This document shows positions 42,074 through 50,850 of a DNA stretch of 64,000 nt, in pieces. Source of the DNA: an uncultured delta proteobacterium. GTDB taxonomy: Bacteria > Desulfobacterota > Desulfobacteria > Desulfobacterales > UBA2156. Where the stretch lies: assembly GCA_963736855.1 (NCBI GenBank), contig CAVTQK010000006.1, forward strand, positions 64,001-128,000, in the 5' to 3' direction. The position numbers were made by a program, and so were the translations under genes. Each line of letters opens with the position of its first letter. Positions within the stretch are counted from its first letter, which is position 1. The notes under the pieces were generated by a model. That model searched no databases. It was not told the origin of the DNA and saw only the letters and a program-made list of their open reading frames with translations.

Positions 42074-44350
42074 TTAAGCAGGGACGTCCCTGATTTCGAT
42101 TCCCATGGACCGAAGCCGGTCCCGGATTCGGTCCGCAGCGTCCCAGTCTCCGGCGTTACGGGCTGCTTCCCTGCTTTTGATGAGGGCAATGATCTCCGGG
42201 TTTGGTGTGCTGTCCTGAAACCGGAAAATGTTTAAAACCCTGTCGATATCCTGAAATGCGCGGATAATCTTTTCAGCTCCCTTATCATCAATTTTTCTTT
42301 GCCGGATGTCGATGTTGATCTTTCTGATATTATTAAAAAGCGACGCCAATGCCTCAGGCATATTTAAATCGTCATCCATGGCCGAAAGGAATCCATGCTT
42401 GATGTCATAAAGGAGTTGATCCACCTCGGGGTCCGGGGCTCCCCCTTTGATCTGCCGGAGGGAATGAATACAAGCGTCGATCCGTCTCAAAACACGTCTG
42501 GCTTCTTCCAGCCGATCCTGCGAAAAAGCCAGCGGCTTTCGATAATGATTGGAAAGAAGCCAATATCGAATTTCGCGGCCGGAGAACCCCTTATCAAACA
42601 GATCCTTAAGGGTCACTCCGCCTTGCTTTTTTTCCTTTTCTGCAGCGTTGAACAGGACCCGCTCACAGTGAATCCAGTAATTGGCCATGGGGTGCCCGGT
42701 CAAGGCCACGGAAATGGCGATGTGATTTTCATGGTGGGGAAAAACCAGCTCCCGACCGCTGGTATGAATATCGTACCGATCCCCCATGGACTTCCTGGCT
42801 ATTGCCGCACACTGAAGGTGCCACGACGGACGAACATTCCCCCACTCGGTCTTAACGAAAATCCCGCGTTTGAGTTCGGAAAGTCTCGACCGTTTCATGA
42901 GGGTGAAATCCCTGGGATTGTCCTTTTCGTATTCATCCAGATCCACCGTAGCCCCGAGCTTGATTTTATTGATATCGATTCCGGACAGTTTTCCGTAATC
43001 CGGGATCCGGGAAATATTAAAATAAAGGGATCTCAGCTTTTCATAGGCAAACCCGCTCTTCTTGAGGTCACGGGCCATCTGAACCATATCTTGGAGATTT
43101 CCGCTTGTCCGGGGATAGCTGTCCGCCGGCCGGACGCCCAGGGATTCAAGGTCCTTTTGAAACCATTGAATGTGCTCATCCGTAAACTCGGGAAGGGAGA
43201 TATTGGCCGATTCCGATCCTGCCAGGGTTTTGTCGTCGAAGTCGGTGATGTTTACGATATGACGCACCGCATACCCCCGGTATCCGAGGTACCGGCAAAG
43301 CAGATCGGAAAATACGAATCGGCGGCATTCTTCGATTTGCATTCGGGCATGTGCGGTGGGACCGCAGGTATAGAGCGAGGCCTTACCGGGAATCAGGGGC
43401 TTAAAGATCTCCTCTTTCCGGCTCATTGTGTTAAAGAGCCTCAAGTCCACCTTTTCTTTTATTGCAAAGAGAGTCGTGCTGAGATACCTTTCCCCGCCGT
43501 CCGGAAGGATTACCACCATGACACCCTTTTCCATGAGAGCGGCTTCCCTGCAAGCAATTGCCATGGCCGCGCCGCTGCTCATCCCTGCAAAAATCCCCTC
43601 TTCTTTGGCCAGCCGTCGGGTCATCTCGAAAGCTTCTTCATCCTCGACGTTGATCTTTTTATCCAGGCGATTCTTATCGAAGATTTCAGGCTGGTAAGCC
43701 TCTTTCATGTTCTTAAGCCCCTGGATTTTATGACCCAGGTAAGGCTCCACACCGATAATCTGGACGGCCGGATTGTATTCCTTCAGCCGCCTCGAGATCC
43801 CCATAAGGGTGCCTGATGTCCCCAGGGTCGCCACCACAGCGGTAACCGCTCCATGGGTCTGGCGCCAGATCTCTTCGGCAGTTCCATGGTAATGGGCTTG
43901 CCAGTTGGCATCGTTGTTATACTGATCCGGCATGAAATAAAAATTCGGATTCTCCCGGGACATCCGATAAACTTCCTCGATGGCGCCGTCGGTTCCTAAG
44001 TGTCCCGGGGTCAGAAGGATCTCCGCCCCCCGAGCCTTAAGGATTTTTCTTCGCTCTTCACTCACCGCTTCCGACATGGCCAAGAGGAGGTGGTATCCCT
44101 TCACTGTACATACCAATGCCAGGCCGATTCCCGTGTTACCGCTGGTGGCTTCGATGACCGTTTTGTCGGGCTTCAAAAGGCCGCAATGTTCCCCGGCTTC
44201 AATCATGGAAAGCGCAGGGCGATCTTTCACCGATCCGCCCGGATTAAACGATTCCAGTTTCGCCAATAGCCTCACCCTCGGGTTGGGGTTTAACCGCCGA
44301 ATCTCCACTATAGGGGTGTTGCCGATGGCATCAAGGATGGACTGGTTCAT
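42074..44350 (-). CDS. Fusion of PLP-dependent cysteine synthase (CysK/CysM family) and a degenerate cysteinyl-tRNA synthetase-like domain
   Basis: N-half: IGNTP, NPGGSVKDR, TSGNTG, GTSGT, PDGGERYLS. C-half: LFNTMSR, YTCGPT, NITDFDDK, RPSWHLQC, FPHHENH, AMDDDLN, AADRIRD. Confidence 0.93.
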   Translation of the reverse strand: MNQSILDAIGNTPIVEIRRLNPNPRVRLLAKLESFNPGGSVKDRPALSMIEAGEHCGLLKPDKTVIEATSGNTGIGLALVCTVKGYHLLLAMSEAVSEERRKILKARGAEILLTPGHLGTDGAIEEVYRMSRENPNFYFMPDQYNNDANWQAHYHGTAEEIWRQTHGAVTAVVATLGTSGTLMGISRRLKEYNPAVQIIGVEPYLGHKIQGLKNMKEAYQPEIFDKNRLDKKINVEDEEAFEMTRRLAKEEGIFAGMSSGAAMAIACREAALMEKGVMVVILPDGGERYLSTTLFAIKEKVDLRLFNTMSRKEEIFKPLIPGKASLYTCGPTAHARMQIEECRRFVFSDLLCRYLGYRGYAVRHIVNITDFDDKTLAGSESANISLPEFTDEHIQWFQKDLESLGVRPADSYPRTSGNLQDMVQMARDLKKSGFAYEKLRSLYFNISRIPDYGKLSGIDINKIKLGATVDLDEYEKDNPRDFTLMKRSRLSELKRGIFVKTEWGNVRPSWHLQCAAIARKSMGDRYDIHTSGRELVFPHHENHIAISVALTGHPMANYWIHCERVLFNAAEKEKKQGGVTLKDLFDKGFSGREIRYWLLSNHYRKPLAFSQDRLEEARRVLRRIDACIHSLRQIKGGAPDPEVDQLLYDIKHGFLSAMDDDLNMPEALASLFNNIRKINIDIRQRKIDDKGAEKIIRAFQDIDRVLNIFRFQDSTPNPEIIALIKSREAARNAGDWDAADRIRDRLRSMGIEIRDVPA

Positions 44351-44413
44351 TCGTGCTGGATCCTCAAATTCGGCCAGAGCCTGCACGCATGCCATCGGCT
44401 TCGTTTTCCCGGA

Positions 44414-45067
44414 TCATGACCTTTTTTCCTTCTTGTTTAGAAGACTTTCGGGGAGCATCCCGATCACCTGGCGGAACACCTTATCCTCGGTGGACGTCGC
44501 ATCGATAATGCGGATCCGCTGCGGTTGTGCCTTGGCCATCTCCAGGTATCCTTTTCTCACCTTCTCATGAAAGGATAAGGCTTCTTCCTCGAAACGGCTT
44601 TCATCACAAACACCCGAATCCTTGATGATCCTTGCCCAAGCCCGGGCCAATCCTTTTTCGGCAGGTAGGTCCAGAAGAAAAGTCAGATCCGGTGCAATCC
44701 CGCTGAGAGCGATCGAGTGAAAGGCGTGGATGAGTGGAATATCCAGGCCTCTTCCATACCCTTGATAAGCGACAGTGGCATCCAGGAATCGATCGCAAAG
44801 CACCGACTTTCCTTCAGCCAGAGCCGGTTCGATGATCTCCTTCACGTGCTGGGCACGATCCGCCATGTAAAGCATCAGTTCGGCCGTCGCATCCAGCATC
44901 GAATGATTCCGGTCGAGCAAGATTTCACGGATCTTCACGCCGATCTTCGTCCCACCAGGCTCCCGGGTGACGATACAATGATGTCCCGAATCCTTCAGAT
45001 AATCCGCTACCCGCTGCACCTGGGTGGTTTTTCCGGAGCCTTCGATCCCTTCAAAGGTAATAAACAT
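44414..45067 (-). CDS. tmk: Thymidylate kinase
   Basis: FITFEGIEGSGKTT, TREPGGT, DRF...AYQGYGRG; ATG 45067. Confidence 0.97.
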   Translation of the reverse strand: MFITFEGIEGSGKTTQVQRVADYLKDSGHHCIVTREPGGTKIGVKIREILLDRNHSMLDATAELMLYMADRAQHVKEIIEPALAEGKSVLCDRFLDATVAYQGYGRGLDIPLIHAFHSIALSGIAPDLTFLLDLPAEKGLARAWARIIKDSGVCDESRFEEEALSFHEKVRKGYLEMAKAQPQRIRIIDATSTEDKVFRQVIGMLPESLLNKKEKRS

Positions 45068-45159
45068 GGCAACCTCTTTATCCGTTATGTGTTGGATTGA
45101 TGGGGTGGAATCGGATCCAGTCAACAGCCACGATGAAAGAGAAGCTGGGTTATTTTTTT

Positions 45160-46122
45160 TCAACCCTTTTTCCGATAGAACTGCCGCTCCAACACCCTGT
45201 GATAGGATGTCCACTGATCGCCCGGGGAATCGGATTCAATGAACTCCCGTATCCCATTGATCTTGGAATCGATTTCGTCGATGTAATGGAGTAAGACCGC
45301 TTCGACGGTCTTGGGAACTTCGGGAGATCCGTATTCCCGGCTGCCATGATGGCTGAGAACCAAGTGTTTCAGGAGCATGGCTTTTTCATCAGGGAAATCC
45401 CTTATCTCCTTTAATTTTTCCTCTAGCATGTGTACACCTATGACGATATGTCCCAAAAGCCGACCCCCATCCGAATAGTCGATCACATGATCATAAATAA
45501 ATTCTTTGGTTTTACCGATATCATGTAAAACAGCACCTGCCAAGAGGAGGTCGCGGTCGATGCCTCGGTAGTGACCGGCAATGGCGTCGCTGAGACAGAC
45601 CATGGACAGGGTATGCTCCAACAGTCCCCCGACATAAGCATGATGCATCATTTTCGCCGCAGGTGCCTTCTTGAATTGGGCTATCAGCTCCGAATCATCA
45701 AAAAACGCCTTCAGAAGTTTTTTCAGGTGCGCGTCCTTAATGGATTGGGATATGCGATCCAGTTTATCAAACATATCTTCGATATCTCGTCGGGTTTTCG
45801 GGAGAAACGCCTCCGGATCAATGTCCGTCTCCTGAAAAGGGAAGATCTCTTTCACCACTACCTGGAGCTGCCCATGGTATTCCGAAACGAATCCTTTAAC
45901 CTGGACAAGCTTCCCTTTCCGGATATTGGCGGCGGCCAGGTCCGCATTTTCCCACATGACGGCCCGGATGCCTCCGGATCGATCGCTAAGGGTCATGGTA
46001 AGATAGCTGTTTCCATCTCTCTTTTTCCCTAATACTTTCTCTGAGAGAGCAAAGATTTCGTCTATGGGTTCCCCCGGCTTCAGATCCGCTGCAAAACGAC
46101 CTTTGATCGGTTTACTCCCCAT
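45160..46122 (-). CDS. YhaM/Cbf1-like OB-fold plus HD-domain 3'-5' exoribonuclease
   Basis: LSDRSG OB fold, PAAKMMHHAYVGGLLEH, LHDIGK, LSHHG. Confidence 0.9.
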   Translation of the reverse strand: MGSKPIKGRFAADLKPGEPIDEIFALSEKVLGKKRDGNSYLTMTLSDRSGGIRAVMWENADLAAANIRKGKLVQVKGFVSEYHGQLQVVVKEIFPFQETDIDPEAFLPKTRRDIEDMFDKLDRISQSIKDAHLKKLLKAFFDDSELIAQFKKAPAAKMMHHAYVGGLLEHTLSMVCLSDAIAGHYRGIDRDLLLAGAVLHDIGKTKEFIYDHVIDYSDGGRLLGHIVIGVHMLEEKLKEIRDFPDEKAMLLKHLVLSHHGSREYGSPEVPKTVEAVLLHYIDEIDSKINGIREFIESDSPGDQWTSYHRVLERQFYRKKG

Positions 46123-46885
46123 CAAATTTGTGAGGCTCCAATTGCCATCCTTTCAATTTTTCAAGGATGTCATGATCGGTGATGTCACACCGGATAGGCG
46201 TCAGGGTGATATAGTTTCGACTCAAGGCCGCCCCGTCCGTATCCGGCCCGCTGAAGGCCCTTTGCTGTTCGCAACCTTGCCAATAATAGGCTCGATTCCT
46301 TGGATCCGTCCGCCTTTCAAAGTGTTCTTCAACGGGGAACATTTCGAGCCGGGTGATCCGAACTCCGGCGGTTTGATCCATAGGAATATCGGGGATGTTG
46401 ATATTCAAGACAGTTCCGTGATAAATTGGATGTTCCAACACTCTTTGGGCCACTTGTTCCACGAATGCCGCCGCGTTATCGATATACCGGCCCTCTCCCG
46501 GCATAGACACAGCAATGGCCGGAATGCCGTAAAAACCGGCTTCCCGGGCCGCGCAGACCGTTCCGGAATAATTCACGTTGAAGCCGATATTTGCCCCAGG
46601 ATTGATTCCGGACAGAACCAAATCGGGCTTGATGTCCATCAGTTCCAGGATCGCGAGCTTGATGCAATCTGCCGGAGTCCCATTCACTGCATACCCAAAA
46701 ACATTTCCCTCCAAGTGAATCCGTTCACATCGGATCGGTTTGTGCAACGTGATGGAATGCCCAACCGCGCTGCGTTGCCGGTCCGGTGCGACAATGAAAA
46801 CTTCATGTTTCATTGAAAAACGACGGTAAAGAGCAAAAAGGCCTCTGGCATGAATCCCGTCGTCATTGGTCAACAAGATACGCAT
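46112..46885 (-). CDS. surE: 5'/3'-nucleotidase SurE
   Basis: ILLTNDDG, GTPADC, SGINPGAN, YSGT, LNINIP; start 46885 or 46906. Confidence 0.96.
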   Translation of the reverse strand: MRILLTNDDGIHARGLFALYRRFSMKHEVFIVAPDRQRSAVGHSITLHKPIRCERIHLEGNVFGYAVNGTPADCIKLAILELMDIKPDLVLSGINPGANIGFNVNYSGTVCAAREAGFYGIPAIAVSMPGEGRYIDNAAAFVEQVAQRVLEHPIYHGTVLNINIPDIPMDQTAGVRITRLEMFPVEEHFERRTDPRNRAYYWQGCEQQRAFSGPDTDGAALSRNYITLTPIRCDITDHDILEKLKGWQLEPHKFDGE

Positions 46886-47091
46886 CTGCTTATCCCTGAA
46901 ACGCATCTCAACCGGAAATGTCGCTTGCAAACAGCGGCACCAAACTTTATAAAATCCGAAAGGCGAGCGTAAAACCCCGGTCTATAAAAAGGCCATTCAA
47001 CTTCATATTGACTTTTAACATCGATTCGGATCTATACATAAAACTTCATTCGCGTTCAAGAAAGTTATCCATAACAGGCCGAAGCCCTCTA

Positions 47092-47441
47092 AACCCTGAA
47101 GTTGCATAAAAAACATGACGGGGAATAGAAAAAAAGAATGATAACAGAGCATTTGAATACGTTTAGGTATGGTTCTCGAATAAACTTGGATGGCTTCGTA
47201 AAAAGGTTTTATGAGCGCCATCCAAGTCTTTTCGGAAAAAGAGAGGCAAAGGGTTGAGCGTTAAAAATCTCAAGCTGTTTGAGGCACTTGTGCCGAGTTC
47301 TTGAGATTTAGCGAAACCCTTTGGATCTTCCGAAAAGAATTGCGGCGCGAGAAAAATCGGCCTTTTTACGATTTCATCAACTTTTGGTGACTTCTAAAAC
47401 AAATAAAAAATTTGTCATGTTTTTTACCCAGAGGGAAAGCC
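47092..47441. repeat. Dispersed repeat copy 2 (inverted relative to copy 1), interrupted by MITE copy C
   Basis: 47092-47188 and 47379-47441 match the reverse complement of 37074-37226. Confidence 0.9.
47189..47378. mobile_element. MITE-like element copy C
   Basis: Same termini as copy B (GATGGCTTCGTAAAAA / TTTTTACGATTTCATC); flanked by AACTTG/AACTTT; unrelated, strongly self-complementary interior. Confidence 0.85.
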
Positions 47442-49756
47442 AAGGATGCCATGTCGATCCTCTCTGGCGAGGGAAATTGGCTCTCTTTCTCTCCCTTTTT
47501 GTTGTCCTTTTAGGGATGGCGCTTTCCGGAATGTCCCATGCCGCATCTCGGTCCGAGAATGTCTTTGGATCCACTACCGCCGATGCAAGCTCGCCCTGGC
47601 AGGTCACGGCCGATTCCCTGTTTTATGACCAAGAAGCCGACCATTACGTCGCCAAGGGACATGTCGTCGTCGTCAAAAAGAGGATGCGCCTCAGCGGCGA
47701 CTTCGTTCAGCTGAATCACAAAACGGGCCAGGCTCTTGCCATCGGAAACGCCGTCTTGTCCGATGGAGAGGACATCCTCACCGGGGAGCGCATCCGCTTC
47801 GACCTGAAAAATGAAACCGGAAGCGCCTATCACGGCACCGTCTTTTTAAAACAAAACCATTTTTATATCCAGGGGGATAAGATACAAAAGACCGGCGAAA
47901 AGACTTATAGTGCCCAATCGGCAAGCATTTCCACCTGTGACGGTGAGAACCCGGCCTGGAGGGTCACGGCCCGAAATGTCTCTGTGGCGCTGGAAGGATA
48001 CGGCTCCGCCACACACAGTACTCTGTGGCTAAAAAAGGTGCCGGTGCTTTATACTCCATACTTTGTCTTCCCCGCCAAAACCAAACGCCAGTCCGGATTT
48101 CTTCCCCCTCGCCTGGGGGTCTCCGACCGGAAGGGAACCGAATATGAACAGCCCTATTTCTGGGCCATCAATGATAATTCGGATGCCACACTCTACTTAG
48201 ACCATATGGATCGACGGGGAGAAAAAGTCGGGCTTGAATACCGCTACGTCCTGAGTCGCCTTTCCAAAGGTGCCCTCATGGGAGATTTCCTCAATGATCG
48301 TCAGTTGGACGACGGAACCGGCGATTCAAGCGATCGCTGGGGTTACGAGGACGACAAGTACTTAAGACCCAACCACGACCGTTATTGGTTCAGGATGAAA
48401 CACGACCAGGTCCTTCCGTGGGACTTTTTCGCCAAACTCGATCTCGACATTGTCTCGGACCAGGATTATTTGGTGGAATTCAAAAGCGGCTACAATGGCT
48501 TCGATGAAACCAATCAGTATTTTGAAACCGTCTTCGGCAGGGGCGTGGACGATTATACGGACACCACCCGATTGAACCGCCTGAACCTGAATCGGGCTTG
48601 GAACCGAAGCAGCCTCAACATCGAAGGCCGATGGTATGACAATGTTCTTTTCCGCAGGCACAGCGATCCGGACGACTTAGATAAGACCCTTCAGCGCCTC
48701 CCGTTCGTCGAATACGACATTTCCAAAGGGCGGTTACTAGATACCCCATTTTATTACGATATGTCCTCAGATTATGTCCGTTACTACCGTAAAGACGGGC
48801 TGCGGGGGCACCGTGTGGATGTTTATCCGAAGGCGTATCTACCCGTAAAACTAAACAATTATCTGTCCCTGGAACCTTTTATGGGGCTTCGGGAAACATT
48901 CTGGCATATCGACCAGTACGAAACCGATAAGGAAGATCAGGACCGCACCCAGCTCAGAGACCTCTATGACGCAGGCGTCAATCTCAGCACGGAATTGTAT
49001 CGGATTTACAACACCGGAGGGAAAACCCTCGATAAGATCCGCCACAGCATCCTCCCAAAGATCACCTATCGCTATCTACCGGAAAAAGAACAGGATCAAT
49101 ACCCCAAATTCGACGACGTCGACCGGATCGGAAGAGTCAACCAGGTCGGCTACTCGCTGACGAACACGTTCACCTCAAGGTCCCTCAAGAAAAAACCGGA
49201 CACGGAAAATCCTCAATATATATACCGGGAATTCGCAAGACTCGGCGTCAGTCAGAGCTACAATATCTATGAAGCCACAGACGAGGACATTGAAGAGAAA
49301 GAACCGTTTTCCAACATTAATGGTCGGCTGGAACTCAGACCCATGGATCATATATCCGTTGACGCCGATGCCCAGTGGTCCGTTTACGAACATGACTGGA
49401 TGTCTTATAATGCTCAGTGTAAGGCCTCGGATTATCGAGGGGACAGCTTCCATGTCGAATATCGTTACCGGCGGGATTCAGCCGAAGGTAAATCGAACGG
49501 GAAGGAGTCCATTTATACCCGGCTTTATGCCAACCTTTTTGGGGGTTTCTCCGCTTTTTGGGAATATGAACGCAACCTGTACGACAAAGAGGATATCAAA
49601 ACCGGAATCGGGGTGATCTATAAAGCCCAATGCTGGTCCATCGATTTTCGATATACTGACGAATTCGAAGACCGGGCCTACTCCGTAATGATTAACCTTT
49701 ACGGCCTCGGCGGCTTCGGAAGCAGCATTGGAACCGAAAAACAAGAAACCGAATGA
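47417..49756 (+). CDS. lptD: LPS-assembly outer-membrane protein LptD
   Basis: Signal peptide, OstA-like N-domain, STCD...PAW, PVLYTPY, RQSGFL, PYFWAI, QCW near the C-terminus; start inferred. Confidence 0.9.
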   Translation: MFFTQRESQGCHVDPLWRGKLALFLSLFVVLLGMALSGMSHAASRSENVFGSTTADASSPWQVTADSLFYDQEADHYVAKGHVVVVKKRMRLSGDFVQLNHKTGQALAIGNAVLSDGEDILTGERIRFDLKNETGSAYHGTVFLKQNHFYIQGDKIQKTGEKTYSAQSASISTCDGENPAWRVTARNVSVALEGYGSATHSTLWLKKVPVLYTPYFVFPAKTKRQSGFLPPRLGVSDRKGTEYEQPYFWAINDNSDATLYLDHMDRRGEKVGLEYRYVLSRLSKGALMGDFLNDRQLDDGTGDSSDRWGYEDDKYLRPNHDRYWFRMKHDQVLPWDFFAKLDLDIVSDQDYLVEFKSGYNGFDETNQYFETVFGRGVDDYTDTTRLNRLNLNRAWNRSSLNIEGRWYDNVLFRRHSDPDDLDKTLQRLPFVEYDISKGRLLDTPFYYDMSSDYVRYYRKDGLRGHRVDVYPKAYLPVKLNNYLSLEPFMGLRETFWHIDQYETDKEDQDRTQLRDLYDAGVNLSTELYRIYNTGGKTLDKIRHSILPKITYRYLPEKEQDQYPKFDDVDRIGRVNQVGYSLTNTFTSRSLKKKPDTENPQYIYREFARLGVSQSYNIYEATDEDIEEKEPFSNINGRLELRPMDHISVDADAQWSVYEHDWMSYNAQCKASDYRGDSFHVEYRYRRDSAEGKSNGKESIYTRLYANLFGGFSAFWEYERNLYDKEDIKTGIGVIYKAQCWSIDFRYTDEFEDRAYSVMINLYGLGGFGSSIGTEKQETE

Positions 49757-49789
49757 ATACTTAGGTATCAAGGAAGCAAAACATCAGCC

Positions 49790-50785
49790 ATGGTCATCGT
49801 CAAGACACCTCTTCGACTAAGCTTTGTGGGCGGCGGCTCAGACATGAAGCCCTTTTACTCGAAACAGCCGGGGCAGGTCATTTGCACGGCCATCGACAAA
49901 TTCGTTTATGCCATCGTCAAGGAACGTTTCGACGACATGATCTATATCAACTATTCCAAAAAAGAGTGCGTTGAACATGTCTCGGAAGTCCGACATGACC
50001 TTGTCCGTGAGGCCATGAAGATCACCGGTGTTGAAAAAGGGATCGAGATCACCACGCTGGCCGATGTCCCTTCCAGCGGATCGGGCCTAGGGAGTTCAAG
50101 CTCCATCACCGTGGCACTTTTACACGCTCTCTATGCTTACCAAAATCTTCTTATCACTGCAGAGCAACTGGCCCAAGACGCCTGCCGGGTCGAAATCGAT
50201 ATCCTTAAAAAGCCCATCGGCAGGCAGGATCAATACGCGGCTGCTTATGGCGGTGTGAACCAGTTCATTTTTCATGAAAACGAAACCACCACTCGCATTC
50301 CTGTCACCATGGACCGTGCAGCAAAGAGAAAATTCACATCATCTCTTCTCCTGTACTACACCGGAATTACCCGGAAAGCCGATTGGATCCTTGCCGATCA
50401 GCAAAAAAAATTTTCCGAGAAATCTGCCTTTGATGCCATGGTTCGGATGACAACTTTCGTGGACCCTTTCAGAGAAGCGATGAGCATCGGTAATATCTTA
50501 GAATGCGGGCATCTCTTGGATGAAAATTGGCGCCTCAAGCAACATATGGCCGAAGGAATCACCAACAACTCCGTCGAGAAAATGATCCGGAAGGCCAGGA
50601 AGGCAGGGGCGATAGGTGCAAAGATCGCCGGGGCCGGAGGCGGCGGATTTCTCCTCTTGATCGCTCCCCGAGAAAAACAGGGAGAAATCATGGAAGCGAT
50701 GAAGGACTACCGGGAGCTCCCGTTTATGCTCGAAGAGAGCGGATCCAAAGTGATCTTCGACGATCGATCGTACTCGAGCAAGTAG
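49790..50785 (+). CDS. hddA: GHMP kinase, D-glycero-alpha-D-manno-heptose-7-phosphate kinase-like
   Basis: TPLRLSFVGGGSD, GSGLGSSS, GRQDQYAAAYGG, GAGGGG; near gmhA. Confidence 0.8.
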   Translation: MVIVKTPLRLSFVGGGSDMKPFYSKQPGQVICTAIDKFVYAIVKERFDDMIYINYSKKECVEHVSEVRHDLVREAMKITGVEKGIEITTLADVPSSGSGLGSSSSITVALLHALYAYQNLLITAEQLAQDACRVEIDILKKPIGRQDQYAAAYGGVNQFIFHENETTTRIPVTMDRAAKRKFTSSLLLYYTGITRKADWILADQQKKFSEKSAFDAMVRMTTFVDPFREAMSIGNILECGHLLDENWRLKQHMAEGITNNSVEKMIRKARKAGAIGAKIAGAGGGGFLLLIAPREKQGEIMEAMKDYRELPFMLEESGSKVIFDDRSYSSK

Positions 50786-50850
50786 GAAAAGGGATTCAAC
50801 ATATCCTCGTCTTCGGTAAAACACACCGGGACAATTCAAGGACAACATTG

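Noticed and set aside
42395..43816. 473-aa plus-strand ORF
   Set aside because: Antisense shadow of the cysteine synthase-CysRS-like gene
47065..47073. TTATCCATA, a DnaA-box-like 9-mer
   Set aside because: Single mismatched box with no cluster or origin context
50527..50850. N-terminal extension of the 487-aa ORF
   Set aside because: Overlaps the kinase gene in another frame; the SDR begins at ATG 50851
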